Source: an uncultured Syntrophomonadaceae bacterium (GTDB lineage: Bacteria > Bacillota > Dethiobacteria > DTU022). Taken from it: a stretch of 64,000 nucleotides of DNA. Made by a program: the position numbers and the translations under genes. Every line of letters starts with the position of its first letter. The stretch's first letter is position 1. Below, piece by piece: positions 21,957 through 31,370 of this stretch. Location: the NCBI GenBank assembly GCA_964464625.1, contig CAYXKD010000001.1:5594-69593 (forward strand), read 5' to 3'. Under the pieces are notes generated by a model. The model made no database searches, was not told the DNA's origin, and saw only the letters and a list, made by a program, of their open reading frames with translations.

Positions 21957-23138
21957 CTACAAATAAGACATGGGATTGTTGCGATAATCAGGAGTACCGT
22001 TGGGATAATAACGATAAGGCGATTTATGATATTCCCGCACCTCAAAATGGAGATGGACGCCGGTGCTATTGCCGGTGGTGCCTGCCCTGCCAATGCGCTG
22101 GCCGCGGCTGACCGCTTGTCCCACTCCAACGAGATAAGAGCTTAAATGTGCATACAATGTGGCAGTGCCGCCGCCATGGTCGATGATAATGCAGTTGCCA
22201 TAACCGCCATTCCACGACGCCAGGATCACCCTGCCGCCTTCCGCTGCAAGAATATAGTTTGGCTGCCCATAAGTCCCGATATCGATTGCGCCATGCCAGG
22301 TGGTAGCCCCGCTGAAGGGATCCCGGCGCCATCCAAATCCCGAGGTAATATAGCTGGGCGATTCAATTGGCCAGCAAAGTTTACCGCCTACTCCTTTGCC
22401 TCCGCTGCTGCGCATCAGATCACCAATAAGGCTTTCCAACCTTTGAGATTCTCGCTCAAGATCCTGAATTGTTTTCAGGTTGCGGGCAATCTCCTGCTGC
22501 AGCTCTTTCAGCACAGTTTCCCGGGTTGCGACAACCCTGTCAACCTCTTCCTTATTGGCCAGAGTCTCGCGACGCAAACCGTCCAGGCGGCTCTTCTCCT
22601 GCTCCAGCTCCTCTTTCATGATCTTAATACGGTTGCGTTCAGCACGAATCTCCTCCACCAGGCGCTGATCATTTGTCGCAATAATCCGAAGGTTGTTGAA
22701 GCGGGTCAGAAAGTCGCCGAATGAAGTGGCTCCCAGAAGAACATCAATGTAAGAGCTATGGCCCTGCTCGTAAATAACCTTCAGGCGGCGTTTGAAAAGA
22801 TCCTCTTTACAGGCAAATTCCTGTTCAGCAGCAGCCAGTTCCACTTCAGCCAGGGCAATAGCCTCTTCAGTAACGGCTATTTCCCCATTGATCTCGTTCA
22901 GTTCGGACTGAAGTTCCTGAAGGCGGCGGTCAAGCCTGTCCAGCTCAGCCTTCATCGCCTCCTCATCCCTGCGCTGCTCTTTGAGATTCTCCCGCTGCTC
23001 TTTAAGTTGACGGTCGATCTCCTGCTTCTCCTGCTGTTTTTTGTTTAGATCGGAAGCATAGGCTGGAGCTGCCGCCGAAAGCAGAGTGAGAAGTGCCAGG
23101 ATTGCCACAAAAATCACTAGAATTGTATGACGCCGCAT
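21957..23138 (-). CDS. M23 family peptidase with a long N-terminal coiled coil (EnvC/PcsB-like, FtsEX-associated)
   Basis: Signal/TM, then about 230 aa of heptad-rich coiled coil, then an M23 LytM domain (HxxxD, HLHFE). Encoded right after ftsEX. Confidence 0.8.
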   Translation of the reverse strand: MRRHTILVIFVAILALLTLLSAAAPAYASDLNKKQQEKQEIDRQLKEQRENLKEQRRDEEAMKAELDRLDRRLQELQSELNEINGEIAVTEEAIALAEVELAAAEQEFACKEDLFKRRLKVIYEQGHSSYIDVLLGATSFGDFLTRFNNLRIIATNDQRLVEEIRAERNRIKIMKEELEQEKSRLDGLRRETLANKEEVDRVVATRETVLKELQQEIARNLKTIQDLERESQRLESLIGDLMRSSGGKGVGGKLCWPIESPSYITSGFGWRRDPFSGATTWHGAIDIGTYGQPNYILAAEGGRVILASWNGGYGNCIIIDHGGGTATLYAHLSSYLVGVGQAVSRGQRIGRAGTTGNSTGVHLHFEVREYHKSPYRYYPNGTPDYRNNPMSYL

Positions 23139-23180
23139 GCAAGATCCCTCCAGGATAATGGATTAGATGTATTCCGGCAA

Positions 23181-24092
23181 TTATACCCGTAAAAACCGGT
23201 CCATCGAGAAAGCGCTGCCCAGGATCCCCAACCCCGTACCCAGGGGAAGCAGGTATTTGCTCAGCTCACCCATAATGGGTAAAACAGGAAGCAAGGTCAG
23301 AAACATAAGGTTATTCGCCTCAACCCACTCCAGAGAAGCACTGTAGATAAAGTAAAGCCCGGCCAGCGGCAAGAGCGCTCCAGTAAAGCCGATAATCAGC
23401 CCTTCCAGGACAAAAGGCCAGCGAATAAACCAGTTCGTCGCTCCCACATACTTCATGATCATTATCTCCCTACGCCGTATAAAAACAGTTAGCCTGATCG
23501 TGTGGGCAATGAGAAAAATGGCAGTTACAGCCAGTCCCACCATCAAAGCCAGTCCCACCAGCTGAATTGCCCGGGTAGCGGCAAAAAGCCGCTCTACAGT
23601 TTCTTCGCCGTAAGTGACTCTGGCTACTGCAGGATAACTTTCCAGCTCCTTTGCCACAGCGCCAACAGCCTCGGGACGGTGAGTCCGCAGCTCAAAAGAG
23701 TCAGGCAAGGGATTCTCCTCTGCCGACTCATATCCCTCAACGATATCACCCATTTGCTTTTTTAAGCGCTGAAGGGCTTCGTATCTGGAAACAAAGCGGA
23801 CCTCGGACAGAGAGCTATGCGCAACAAGTTTTTCATGTAATGCTTTCCGCTCAGCTTGACTGGCCCTCTCTTCAACATAAAGGACGATCTCCACCTGCCC
23901 TTTAACATCCTCGGTGATGTAGTTCAGGTTCAGATTCACCAGCATGAAACCGCCCAGCATGAGCAGGGTTACAACGACCACTCCGACGGAGGCGACGGTC
24001 ATCCACTTGTTCCGGTAAAGACCGCGCAGGGCTTCGCCGCAGCCATAGATCCATCCGCTAAAGCGCACCGGCGTATACCCCCTTTTCCTCAT
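23181..24092 (-). CDS. ftsX: Cell division permease-like protein FtsX
   Basis: 4-TM FtsX topology with a large extracellular loop. Overlaps the ftsE 3' end. Confidence 0.85.
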   Translation of the reverse strand: MRKRGYTPVRFSGWIYGCGEALRGLYRNKWMTVASVGVVVVTLLMLGGFMLVNLNLNYITEDVKGQVEIVLYVEERASQAERKALHEKLVAHSSLSEVRFVSRYEALQRLKKQMGDIVEGYESAEENPLPDSFELRTHRPEAVGAVAKELESYPAVARVTYGEETVERLFAATRAIQLVGLALMVGLAVTAIFLIAHTIRLTVFIRRREIMIMKYVGATNWFIRWPFVLEGLIIGFTGALLPLAGLYFIYSASLEWVEANNLMFLTLLPVLPIMGELSKYLLPLGTGLGILGSAFSMDRFLRV

Positions 24093-24747
24093 CCGTGGCC
24101 AGTCTTCCCTTCTCCAGGAGAATGACCCTCTTCTTGAGGCTGTCCACTATCTGGCGATTGTGCGTCGCCACGAGAACAGTGGTGCCGCGCATGTTTATAG
24201 CCCGCAATATATTCATGATTTCACGGGAATTTTCAGGATCAAGGTTGCCGGTAGGTTCATCAGCAATTATCATGGCCGGGCGGTTGATAATAGCCCGCGC
24301 CAATCCGATGCGCTGTTGCTCGCCGCCTGAAAGATCGCACACCCTGTTGTCGACCTTCTCCGGCAGCCCGACCAGGTCGAGAACAAAGGGGAGCCGGCGC
24401 CTGATTTCACGGCTGGATGCTCCGGTAGCCCTCATGGCAAAAGCGATGTTTTCGAAAACAGTGTATTCATCAAGAAGCCTGAAATCCTGAAAGACCATCC
24501 CGATGTTACGGCGCAGGTAAGGCACTCTGTGACGGGGCATCTGGGAAAGGTCATGACCGAATACTTTTAAAACGCCTTTTGATGAGACGATTTCTCTGAT
24601 GATCAATTTGAACAAAGTTGATTTTCCTGCTCCGCTGGCGCCGATAATAAAAACAAATTCACCGCGATCCACAGTAAAGCTTAGATTCTCCAGAGCATAG
24701 TTGCTGTTTCTATCGTAACGATGATACAATGCTTCAGCTTCTACCAT
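24058..24747 (-). CDS. ftsE: Cell division ATP-binding protein FtsE
   Basis: ABC ATPase (GASGAGKST, LSGGEQQR). Start set at MVEAEAL; the ORF extends to 24771. Confidence 0.9.
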   Translation of the reverse strand: MVEAEALYHRYDRNSNYALENLSFTVDRGEFVFIIGASGAGKSTLFKLIIREIVSSKGVLKVFGHDLSQMPRHRVPYLRRNIGMVFQDFRLLDEYTVFENIAFAMRATGASSREIRRRLPFVLDLVGLPEKVDNRVCDLSGGEQQRIGLARAIINRPAMIIADEPTGNLDPENSREIMNILRAINMRGTTVLVATHNRQIVDSLKKRVILLEKGRLATDEEKGVYAGAL

Positions 24748-24989
24748 TTTCAACCTTCCTTGACTTAACATAAACTTAATATTTTAGAACATTATTCGAC
24801 AGGGCTGAGCTTATTCCTGCTTAATTCTTAAATTATATTAACTTTTTTCCAGGGATATTATGGCTGTGAAGAATATGGCTGTGAAATGAGAAGATTTATC
24901 AAGGAAAACTTCTTTTGATGGCCTGTTTTGGCAAAACAGGTCTGCGGCGGAAGGTTATCTCCAACAGAGTGGTTGTAGAAGGAATTCTT

Positions 24990-25862
24990 TCAAATACGAT
25001 CTTTTATTTCCTTGAACCCCTCGCCGTGCACCTCGCCGGCATTGCCAATAATAACAAAGGCAGAAGGATCCAGTTCATAGATCAGCTCTTTTAACCGGGC
25101 AACCTGAGGACGGGTGACAATGCATAGTAATATTTCTCTCTCTTCACCCGTGTAACCACCGCGCCCTGAAAACCTGGTAACACCGCGTCCCAGACCCCGG
25201 AGCAACCGGCGATTCATCTCTTCGGCGTGAGAGGTAATGATCAAAACCACTTTCGCCAGGCTAAACCCTTCCTGCAGTAAATCGATTATTTTTACACTTA
25301 CAAAAAGCGAAATCACAGCATACATGGCTGCTTCGCCGCCGAGGACAAAAACCGCCAGTCCGATTACAGCCAGATCACCTCCCAGGAGACCTTGCCCCAT
25401 TGTCAACCCGGTGGTCCGGTTCAGGATCAAAGAGAGCAAAGCCGTTCCTCCTGTGGAGCCGCGGTAGTGAAAAACCAGACCCAGCCCCAGACCCATGATC
25501 ACCCCGCCATATAATGCCGCCAGCAGGGGATCTTGAGTTGCTGCTGGTAGAAAAGGCGCTGTAACCTCGATGGCCAGCGGAAAAAGAAAGGTCCCCATAA
25601 TGCTGCGGAGCACCACATCTCTTCCAAGAATGAACCAGGCAGCAATAAAAATAGGTATGTTTAATACTGCTATGGTTAAACCTGCAGGAATGTCAAAAAG
25701 GTGAAAGAAAATCACGCCCAGGCCGCTAATTCCTCCTGCAGCAAGGCGGTGGGGAACCAAAAATAGGTTCATCCCCACCGCCATGATTAGCGATCCCAAA
25801 AGAACACCGAAAAAGGGGACAATTGCATTTTTCAAGAACCCATAGAAGCGATTTTCCATCAT
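24990..25862 (-). CDS. YitT-family membrane protein (DUF161/DUF2179)
   Basis: Five N-terminal TM helices plus the C-terminal DUF2179-like domain typical of YitT/YqfU proteins. Confidence 0.7.
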   Translation of the reverse strand: MMENRFYGFLKNAIVPFFGVLLGSLIMAVGMNLFLVPHRLAAGGISGLGVIFFHLFDIPAGLTIAVLNIPIFIAAWFILGRDVVLRSIMGTFLFPLAIEVTAPFLPAATQDPLLAALYGGVIMGLGLGLVFHYRGSTGGTALLSLILNRTTGLTMGQGLLGGDLAVIGLAVFVLGGEAAMYAVISLFVSVKIIDLLQEGFSLAKVVLIITSHAEEMNRRLLRGLGRGVTRFSGRGGYTGEEREILLCIVTRPQVARLKELIYELDPSAFVIIGNAGEVHGEGFKEIKDRI

Positions 25863-27005
25863 GGCTGGCCTTCTGAATCGGAGTCAGTGCTGTCCTGGGA
25901 ACGAAGGCGGGCCTGCAGACGTAAATAAGCTTCGATGAAAGGGTCGAGCGCTCCATCCATAACTGCATCCACCTGTCCCATCTCCACGCCTGTGCGGTGA
26001 TCTTTGACGAGGGTAAAAGGATGAAATATATAGGTGCGAATCTGGCTGCCCCAGGCAATCTCTTTTTGGGATCTGCGCAAAGCAGAGAGCTCCGCTGCCT
26101 GCTCCAGGCGCTGCATCTCCGCCAGGCGGGCCTGGAGAATACGCATAGCCTGCAGACGGTTGCTATGCTGGGAGCGGTTGCTCTGACAGATGACCACCAC
26201 GCCGGTGGGTAGATGGGTAATCCTTACTGCCGAATCAGTTTTGTTAACATGCTGCCCACCTGCACCGCTGGAGCGAAAAGTGTCGATGCGAAGATCATCG
26301 GGGTTTATTTCGTAGTCCTCAGCCTCCACTTCAGGGATCACATCAATGGAGGCAAAGGAGGTATGGCGGCGTCGGGCAGTGTCAAAGGGGGAAATCCTGA
26401 TGAGTCGGTGCACCCCTTTCTCAGCCTGAAGATAACCGTAAGCACCGTGTCCGCGAACTATGAATGTTGCGCTCTTTACACCCGCCTCCTCACCGGGAAG
26501 CAGATCAACCAGCTCCACCTCCAGACCCTTCCGCTCAGCCCAGCGGGTATACATCCGCAGCAGCATCTCTGCCCAATCCTGTGACTCCAGGCCGCCGGCG
26601 CCGGGATGAAGGGAGACAATAGCATCGTTAAAATCATAATCGCCGCTGAAAAGAGTTTCCAGTTCAAGCCGGTCCAGAAGCAGGGCAATCTCTTCCAGCC
26701 CGGCAGCCGCTTCACCGAGCGCCTCTTCGCCATCTGCGGGGTTTTCCCCGGCCAGCTCCAGCAACACCTCGATCTCTTCAAAGCGGACTTCAAGGTCCTG
26801 CAGCGGCCGCAACTGTTCGCGGAGAGCCCCCAATTTGATCATAAATTCCCTGGCCCGCTCCCCATCTTCCCAGAGTGCCGGATCGGCAGCTTTTTGCTCA
26901 GCCTCCTTTAACAGCGCTTCTTTCCTTTCACATTCAAAGTGAAGCCCCCATTTCAAGAAAACGTTGCCGCTGACGCGTCAGTTCTCCGCTATATTCATTC
27001 AGCAT
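25859..27005 (-). CDS. prfB: Peptide chain release factor 2, expressed via a programmed +1 ribosomal frameshift
   Basis: Frame 0 reads ATG...MLNEYSGELTRQRQRFLEMGASL then TGA (CTT TGA at 26934-26939, GGGGG SD-like element at 26946-26950). Frame +1 continues ECERKEALLK... through GGQ (SGAGGQHVNKTDSA) and SPF. Confidence 0.9.
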
Positions 27006-27059
27006 AAGACATCACCTTTCGCACTAAAGAATTGAATAATCCCTTGCCGCCGGGCAGGT

Positions 27060-30047
27060 TCAGGATCCGCAACATTTTTTATACTTTTTGCCGCTACCAC
27101 AGGGACAGGGGTCGTTTCGGCCGATCTTCTTTTCAGCCCTGACGGGCTGCCTTTTTGCTGCCGGGGTCTTTCCGGGCGAAGCCGCTTCTTTCTCCTTTTC
27201 AACCCCGCCGTCCGGAGCGGTCTCCCGCAAACGCGGACGGATCGCCGCCGCCGGACCGGCCACAGCGCGGCGGCGGGGCGGTGCAGCCACACGGGCCTGG
27301 TAGATCCCGCGGACAACCTCCTCCTGGATCGTCCGGATCATCCCCTCAAACATCTCAAAGCTTTCCAGACGGTATTCCACCAGGGGATCCCGCTGCCCGT
27401 AGGCGCGCAGATTAATCTCCTGGCGCAGCTCATGCATCTCATCGATAAAGAACATCCAGTGCCTGTCCACCGTGCGCAACAGAATTACCCGCTCCAGTTC
27501 ACGCATAATAGCATCGCCCAGATCCTTTTCGCGAGTCTCGTAGAAAGCAGAAGCTTCGTCAAGAAGCAGATGCTCCACCTCCCGACGCTCCAGATCGAGC
27601 AGCGCCGCTGCAGTGAGTCTTCCCCGGCGCAGGAAGGAACTTTCACCAGCCTGTAAGAGGGCACGAGCTTCGGGCTCTTCGATGTAGCCCCGCTCGTGAA
27701 AATATTGCAGGATATTGGCCGAAATCACTTCCTGAACCATATCCAGGATAGCCTGGCGCATCTCCATGCCCTGTAAAACCTGCTTCCGCTGCCCGTAGAT
27801 CACCTCACGCTGCTTGTTGAGAACATCATCATAATCTAGCAGATGGCGGCGGATTTCGAAGTTGCGCGATTCCACCTTCTTCTGGGCCTGTTCAATAGCC
27901 CTGCTGACAAGGGGGTGATCTATGGGAATTTCCTCTTCAAATCCAAAGCGCTCCATCAGGGAGGCAATATTGTCGGCGCCGAAAAGGCGCATGAGATCAT
28001 CTTCCAGAGAAACCACGAATTGTGAGGATCCCGGATCACCCTGGCGGCCGGAGCGCCCGCGCAGCTGGTTATCGATGCGGCGGCTTTCGTGGCGCTCGGT
28101 GCCCAGCACATGCAGGCCGCCCAGGGAGAGGACCTCGCTACGCTCCTGCTCAACGAGGCGGCCAGCCTCCGCCATGAGCTCCCTGCGCCTTTTTTCCCAT
28201 GACTGATGCTGTTCCGGGTCAAGCTCATGCTCTTTCGCCTCAAATTCTTTTTCCAGCCTCTCCCTGACCCGGTATTCCGGATTTCCTCCCAGGATAATAT
28301 CGGTGCCCCGGCCGGCCATGTTGGTCGAGATAGTGACTGCTCCCCTGCGGCCCGCCTGGGCGATAATCTGGGCTTCACGGGTATGGTTCACCGCATTCAG
28401 AACCTCGTGTGGAACACCTCTCCGTTTAAGCATGCGGCTGAGCATCTCCGATTTCTCCACGGAAATGGTACCTACCAGGACGGGCTGTCCCAGAGTATTG
28501 CGCCTTTCTATTTCGTCAACAGCCGCCTGGAATTTAGCCCTCTCGCTTTTGTATACCAGATCTGGAAGCTCCTTCCGGATGAGCAAGCGATTCGTGGGAA
28601 CTCCCACCACATCCATACCGTAGATCTTGCGGAATTCCTCCTCTTCTGTGGCTGCAGTGCCTGTCATACCAGCAAGCTTGCCATACATCCGGAAATAGTT
28701 CTGAAATGTAATGGAGGCCACGGTCCGGGTATCAGCCTGAACCTCCACTTTCTCCTTGGCTTCAATAGCCTGATGCAACCCCTCAGAGTAACGCCGCCCC
28801 CACATGAGACGGCCGGTAAATTCGTCCACGATAACTACTTTGTCTTCCTGGACAACGTAATCCACATCTTTTTCATAAAGCGAATATGCCTTCAACAGCT
28901 GGTGAATACAGTGCATCTGCTCACCGGCACCGCTTTCTTCTTCGCCTGGATCCTCCGCAGCAGCCGCTTCCGACGCCTTTTCGAAACCGAGCAGCCGGGC
29001 CAGCGCCGGGTTGTTGCGGACCAACTCCCGGTAACCCTGCTGCGAAATAGAAACAGCCCTTGTAATCTCATCGATGGTGAAATAGAGCTGTTCATCAAAG
29101 TGGTCCAGCCTCTTCTCGGTCATCAGCAGCTGCTTCGTCCGCTCAACAAGCCTTTCCATGCCGCGTTCCTTGATCAGCCTGAGCAGATTTTTATGCTTGG
29201 GTGCACCGCGGCGCACGAGCAGCATTTTTTCCGCAGCTTCATCCTTGTTCCCCTGTTCCAGCTGCTCCCGGGAATCATTGAGCAGTTCGCTCACCATCCG
29301 GTTTTGCTTGCGCAGCAGCTGCTCCACATCGTTGCGAAAGCGGCTGTACTCTTGCCTCGTCTCCAAACGGCTGCTGATAATGAGCGGTGTCCTCGCTTCG
29401 TCGATAAGGATGCTATCGACCTCATCGACGATGGCATAGTTGAGCTCTCTCTGGACCAGTTCCTCCTGGTAGAGAACCATATTGTCGCGCAGGTAATCAA
29501 ATCCCAGCTCATTGTTAGTGGCATAGACAATGTCCGCTCCGTAAGCCTCCCGCCGCTCTTTCGGAGCAAGATCGTGCACAACCAGCCCTACTGTAAGGCC
29601 AAGAAGCTTGTACACAGGCCCCATCCACTCGCTGTCGCGGCGGGCCAGGTAATCGTTAACCGTAACAATATGCGTCCCCTTGCCGCTTAAACTGTTCAGA
29701 TATGCAGGCATTGTAGCCACCAGTGTTTTACCTTCACCGGTTTTCATCTCGGCAATACGCCCCTGATGCAAAACAATGCCGCCGAGAACCTGGACATCAT
29801 AGGGACGCAATCCTACAGCGCGTTTCGCCGCCTCCCGGGCCAGAGCAAAGGCTTCGGGAAGAAGTTCCTCCAGGGTCTCACCCGTCTCCAGTCTTTCTCT
29901 TAACCGGGCAGTGCTTGCTGGAAAGTCAGATAGTGCCAATGCCTCCATCTGCTCCTCCAGAGCATTGACTTGCTTTACTATTTTCCACAGGCGGCGCACC
30001 TCTTTTTCATTAGAGCTGCCAAATATTTTTTTCAGGAGTCCGCCCAC
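27060..30047 (-). CDS. secA: Preprotein translocase ATPase SecA
   Basis: 995 aa with DEAD motor and PPXD domains and a C-terminal zinc finger (CPCGSGKKYKKCCG). GTG start after GAGGTG. Confidence 0.95.
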   Translation of the reverse strand: MGGLLKKIFGSSNEKEVRRLWKIVKQVNALEEQMEALALSDFPASTARLRERLETGETLEELLPEAFALAREAAKRAVGLRPYDVQVLGGIVLHQGRIAEMKTGEGKTLVATMPAYLNSLSGKGTHIVTVNDYLARRDSEWMGPVYKLLGLTVGLVVHDLAPKERREAYGADIVYATNNELGFDYLRDNMVLYQEELVQRELNYAIVDEVDSILIDEARTPLIISSRLETRQEYSRFRNDVEQLLRKQNRMVSELLNDSREQLEQGNKDEAAEKMLLVRRGAPKHKNLLRLIKERGMERLVERTKQLLMTEKRLDHFDEQLYFTIDEITRAVSISQQGYRELVRNNPALARLLGFEKASEAAAAEDPGEEESGAGEQMHCIHQLLKAYSLYEKDVDYVVQEDKVVIVDEFTGRLMWGRRYSEGLHQAIEAKEKVEVQADTRTVASITFQNYFRMYGKLAGMTGTAATEEEEFRKIYGMDVVGVPTNRLLIRKELPDLVYKSERAKFQAAVDEIERRNTLGQPVLVGTISVEKSEMLSRMLKRRGVPHEVLNAVNHTREAQIIAQAGRRGAVTISTNMAGRGTDIILGGNPEYRVRERLEKEFEAKEHELDPEQHQSWEKRRRELMAEAGRLVEQERSEVLSLGGLHVLGTERHESRRIDNQLRGRSGRQGDPGSSQFVVSLEDDLMRLFGADNIASLMERFGFEEEIPIDHPLVSRAIEQAQKKVESRNFEIRRHLLDYDDVLNKQREVIYGQRKQVLQGMEMRQAILDMVQEVISANILQYFHERGYIEEPEARALLQAGESSFLRRGRLTAAALLDLERREVEHLLLDEASAFYETREKDLGDAIMRELERVILLRTVDRHWMFFIDEMHELRQEINLRAYGQRDPLVEYRLESFEMFEGMIRTIQEEVVRGIYQARVAAPPRRRAVAGPAAAIRPRLRETAPDGGVEKEKEAASPGKTPAAKRQPVRAEKKIGRNDPCPCGSGKKYKKCCGS

Positions 30048-30080
30048 AGGTTACACCTCTTTCTCGAGAACAATGATCTG

Positions 30081-30101
30081 AAAAAGGAACCACGCGGTTC
30101 C
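30081..30101 (-). terminator. Intrinsic-terminator-like hairpin (GGAACCGCGUGGUUCC + U5) 35 nt upstream of the secA RBS
   Basis: Perfect 6-bp stem with a 4-nt loop, followed on the minus strand by TTTTT. The only plausible secA promoter (TG-n-TAAAAT near 30125) lies upstream of it. Confidence 0.5.
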
Positions 30102-30182
30102 TTAAGCCCAGTCTTATTTTACCATAAAGGAAGATATAAAAACAAGGACCGCTCCCCGCCCCAGAATATGAGCAGATAATAC

Positions 30183-31340
30183 TTATTCAGCCTGCTCCAG
30201 AATTTTGCGTGCCGGGTCCAGCTCGCAACTGAGTGCCCAAAGGCTGCCTGAAACCAGGGAGTGACCGCCCAGAAGCACCGGTATGGGACACTGTACAGCG
30301 AGACGGGTAAATTCTTGCAACCAGGGATGCTCGATCTGCTCCCAAAAACCCAGATCAGAAAGAAAGCGCTCTCTATCTGTGAACTCATACCTGTGATGAG
30401 CAAAAAGAACCCGGCTATCGATAAAAGCGCAGCGAGCCACCTTTGCCAGGCAGGTGTAAAATCTTTCCAAGCCAGCCTCTTCGATGAGAAAGCCCAGCAA
30501 AGAGTGCACCTCACCTTTTTCCAACCGGCCCAGCGCCTTCATTCCACGCTCTTCGGAGAAAACCCGCAGCCGCAATTTCAAAAGTGCATTGAGCCGTTCG
30601 ATAATGGGCGCACCGACCCGCCCGATAAGCGCCACATCCTGGTAGCTATCCCCCAGCACCGCCTTGGCCCGCTCCAGTCGGGAATAATCAAGGTCAATGT
30701 TGTCCAGAACAGCACGGGCTCGCGGGCCGGCAAAGGGACCCGCACCGAGGATGAGGACATCTGCAGGCGTATCCAGGTCAAAGAGCAGCCCCAGGGTTTG
30801 AGGCATCAGTTCCAGCTCAAGACCGCATTCATCGCGCAGTGTCATCGCAAGACTATTGTCCATGGCTTCCAGATTGGCGGAGGCAAAATTATCTGGAACA
30901 GTAAAGGCGACGATATCTGCCGACTGAATATTGTTGGCATAGAGAAAGCTTGAGCGGAGGGCAAGTTTTTCAAAAATCTGTTCCAGCTCAGCCACAGTGA
31001 TAAGGGGACAACCCGCCCCGCTAAGGTAAAAAACCTTCTCTAAACGCTGCTCCAGGACAAGCTTTTTCAGTTCACGACCGAAATGAAAGGAGCTGGGATG
31101 CTCATTGTTCAGAATCATCACCGCCCCTGAATCACGGGCCATGCCGGCCAGAGCAGGATCGTTCGTAATCAAAAACAACTCATCCACCAGACTGATCCCA
31201 CTCAATTTATCCAGATTATCATGCAGCAATGCCTGTCGCACCGTGTTGATCATCTTTTCAACGGGACTGGCCGCAGCTGTCCCTTCAAAGATAACCACAC
31301 TTATACCCTGAGCCATTAGAAGAAGATCTTTCTGCAGCAA
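30183..31340 (-). CDS. Hypothetical two-domain protein, 385 aa, family not recognised
   Basis: Protein-like composition in one frame only. The N-terminal ~130 aa has an alternating beta-alpha pattern loosely like MobA/CofC-type nucleotidyltransferases. The C-terminal half has a G-A-G-P-F-A-G glycine-rich loop. No diagnostic motif. Confidence 0.5.
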   Translation of the reverse strand: MLQKDLLLMAQGISVVIFEGTAAASPVEKMINTVRQALLHDNLDKLSGISLVDELFLITNDPALAGMARDSGAVMILNNEHPSSFHFGRELKKLVLEQRLEKVFYLSGAGCPLITVAELEQIFEKLALRSSFLYANNIQSADIVAFTVPDNFASANLEAMDNSLAMTLRDECGLELELMPQTLGLLFDLDTPADVLILGAGPFAGPRARAVLDNIDLDYSRLERAKAVLGDSYQDVALIGRVGAPIIERLNALLKLRLRVFSEERGMKALGRLEKGEVHSLLGFLIEEAGLERFYTCLAKVARCAFIDSRVLFAHHRYEFTDRERFLSDLGFWEQIEHPWLQEFTRLAVQCPIPVLLGGHSLVSGSLWALSCELDPARKILEQAE

Positions 31341-31370
31341 AAGAGTTGTTTACATAAATACATTTTTGTT

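Noticed and set aside
21484-21966. 160-aa plus-strand ORF filling the M23-ctpA spacer
   Set aside because: The composition is not protein-like (Ser/Pro/Gln-rich, no hydrophobic core periodicity). There is no SD. It runs antisense through the ctpA promoter region. The spacer is treated as non-coding, apart from the small dockerin-like ORF in the findings.
26999-27415. Several 70-105-aa ORFs at the prfB/secA junction (26999-27316 -, 27088-27303 +, 27155-27415 +)
   Set aside because: They are artefacts of the GC-rich Pro/Ala/Arg linker of secA and of the prfB frameshift leader. The real prfB start is the ATG at 27005.
30261-30953. 230-aa plus-strand ORF antisense to the hypothetical 385-aa gene
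   Set aside because: It is low-complexity and Gln/Lys-rich with no SD. The minus-strand frame has the protein-like composition and the operon-consistent orientation.
30183-31340. Glycerate kinase (GlxK) identity for the hypothetical 385-aa protein
   Set aside because: Faint N-terminal resemblance (VVIFEGTAAASPVEKM against VIAPDSFKESLSAEKC) and similar length are the only support. The GlxK DGGEG and C-terminal motifs are absent.
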